In this document: in pieces, positions 31,485-32,000 of the stretch | How positions within the stretch are numbered: the first letter of the stretch is position 1 | Layout of the letters: the number at the start of each line of letters is the position of its first letter | Assembly (NCBI RefSeq): GCF_000018465.1 | Contig: NC_010085.1 | Span: 1,080,001-1,112,000, forward strand | Origin: Nitrosopumilus maritimus SCM1 | GTDB taxonomy: Archaea > Thermoproteota > Nitrososphaeria > Nitrososphaerales > Nitrosopumilaceae | Length of the DNA stretch: 32,000 nt | Reading direction: 5' to 3' | Made by a program: the position numbers and the translations under genes | Notes under the pieces: generated by a model | The model's input: the letters and a program-made list of their open reading frames with translations, nothing else | Told to the model about the DNA's origin: nothing | The model's database searches: none

Positions 31485-32000
31485 TTGTATAAATTTGCAC
31501 ATGTTTCAGATATTCACCTAGGATTTCAAGACAAAAAAGAACTTCAAAAAATAGAACAAGAGGTATTTGAAGAAGTGGTTTGCACATGCATAAAACAAAA
31601 AGTAGATTTTGTGTTGATTACAGGTGATTTATTTCATAGAAACCTTCCAGAAATGAGAGTTCAAAGATTTGCATTTAAAAATTTCAAAAAACTTTATGAT
31701 GCAAAAATTCCAATTTATGTAGTATATGGCAGCCATGATTTTAGCCCTATAGAATACTCAGTGATAGATCTACTAACAGATGTGGGATACTTAACCAAAG
31801 TTTCAAAGGAACACACAAACAATGAAAAAACAGAATTAGATTTTACTGAAGACCCAAAAACAAAAGTGAAATTAGTAGGAATTTCAGGCAGAACAGCAGG
31901 AATAGATAAAGAAAATTATGAAAATTTGGAACTACCAGTACTAGATAATAGCTTTAAGATATTTTTGTTTCATATTGGTATTGATGAACTAAACTCTAGT
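31485..32000 (+). CDS. mre11: Mre11-type DNA double-strand-break repair nuclease (3'-truncated by window end; TTG start)
   Basis: Not in the supplied ORF track. Translation (M)YKFAHVSDIHLGFQ...VDFVLITGDLFH...IPIYVVYGSHD...IFLFHIG gives phosphoesterase motifs I-IV in Mre11 order. An in-frame TAA at 31479 forces the start to TTG 31485. Confidence 0.8.
   Translation, partial: MYKFAHVSDIHLGFQDKKELQKIEQEVFEEVVCTCIKQKVDFVLITGDLFHRNLPEMRVQRFAFKNFKKLYDAKIPIYVVYGSHDFSPIEYSVIDLLTDVGYLTKVSKEHTNNEKTELDFTEDPKTKVKLVGISGRTAGIDKENYENLELPVLDNSFKIFLFHIGIDELNSS

Noticed and set aside
1-32000. Looked for tRNA, rRNA, CRISPR arrays and IS elements in all intergenic gaps.
   Set aside because: I found no cloverleaf-compatible GC-rich segments, rRNA-like conserved stretches, spaced direct repeats or transposase-like ORFs by eye. 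tRNAscan-SE or Infernal should confirm.

Overview
AT-rich, densely coding archaeal chromosome segment. It is best explained as a Nitrosopumilus-like ammonia-oxidising thaumarchaeon. That assignment is an inference from PEF/PEFG-CTERM sorting signals, archaeal Pth2, TruD, Mre11, a 1708-aa acidic S-layer-type protein, and promoters placed for leaderless mRNAs.

I support about 37 protein-coding genes. I saw no rRNA, tRNA, CRISPR array or transposase.

- 1-15.6 kb is mostly housekeeping: DsbA-like oxidoreductase, DEAD-box helicase, DUF255 thioredoxin-domain protein, Zn-ADH, TruD, Pth2, plus small lineage-specific proteins.
- 16.4-21.5 kb is one giant secreted acidic protein, probably the S-layer protein.
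- 21.8-28.9 kb is a GC-richer block. It holds a sensor histidine kinase, two receiver-only response regulators, two paralogous putative winged-helix proteins, a PEFG-CTERM surface protein and two small secreted proteins.
- 29.4-32.0 kb holds a two-gene operon (DUF4065/Panacea-like protein plus SAMHD1-like HD phosphohydrolase) and the 5' part of mre11.

The most interesting signal is a fixed-geometry promoter module, CATRCCGYA-N17-A/T box, present in eight copies. It precedes the S-layer gene, all three secreted-protein genes and several orphan sites. One copy overlaps the start codon of one of the winged-helix genes. This suggests an undescribed cell-envelope regulon tied to the local two-component locus.

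Other notable features:
- a 313-bp mosaic inverted repeat between the two receiver genes
- direct repeats of the S-layer promoter flanking the S-layer gene
- two small-RNA candidates
- a perfect 93-bp x3 coding tandem repeat
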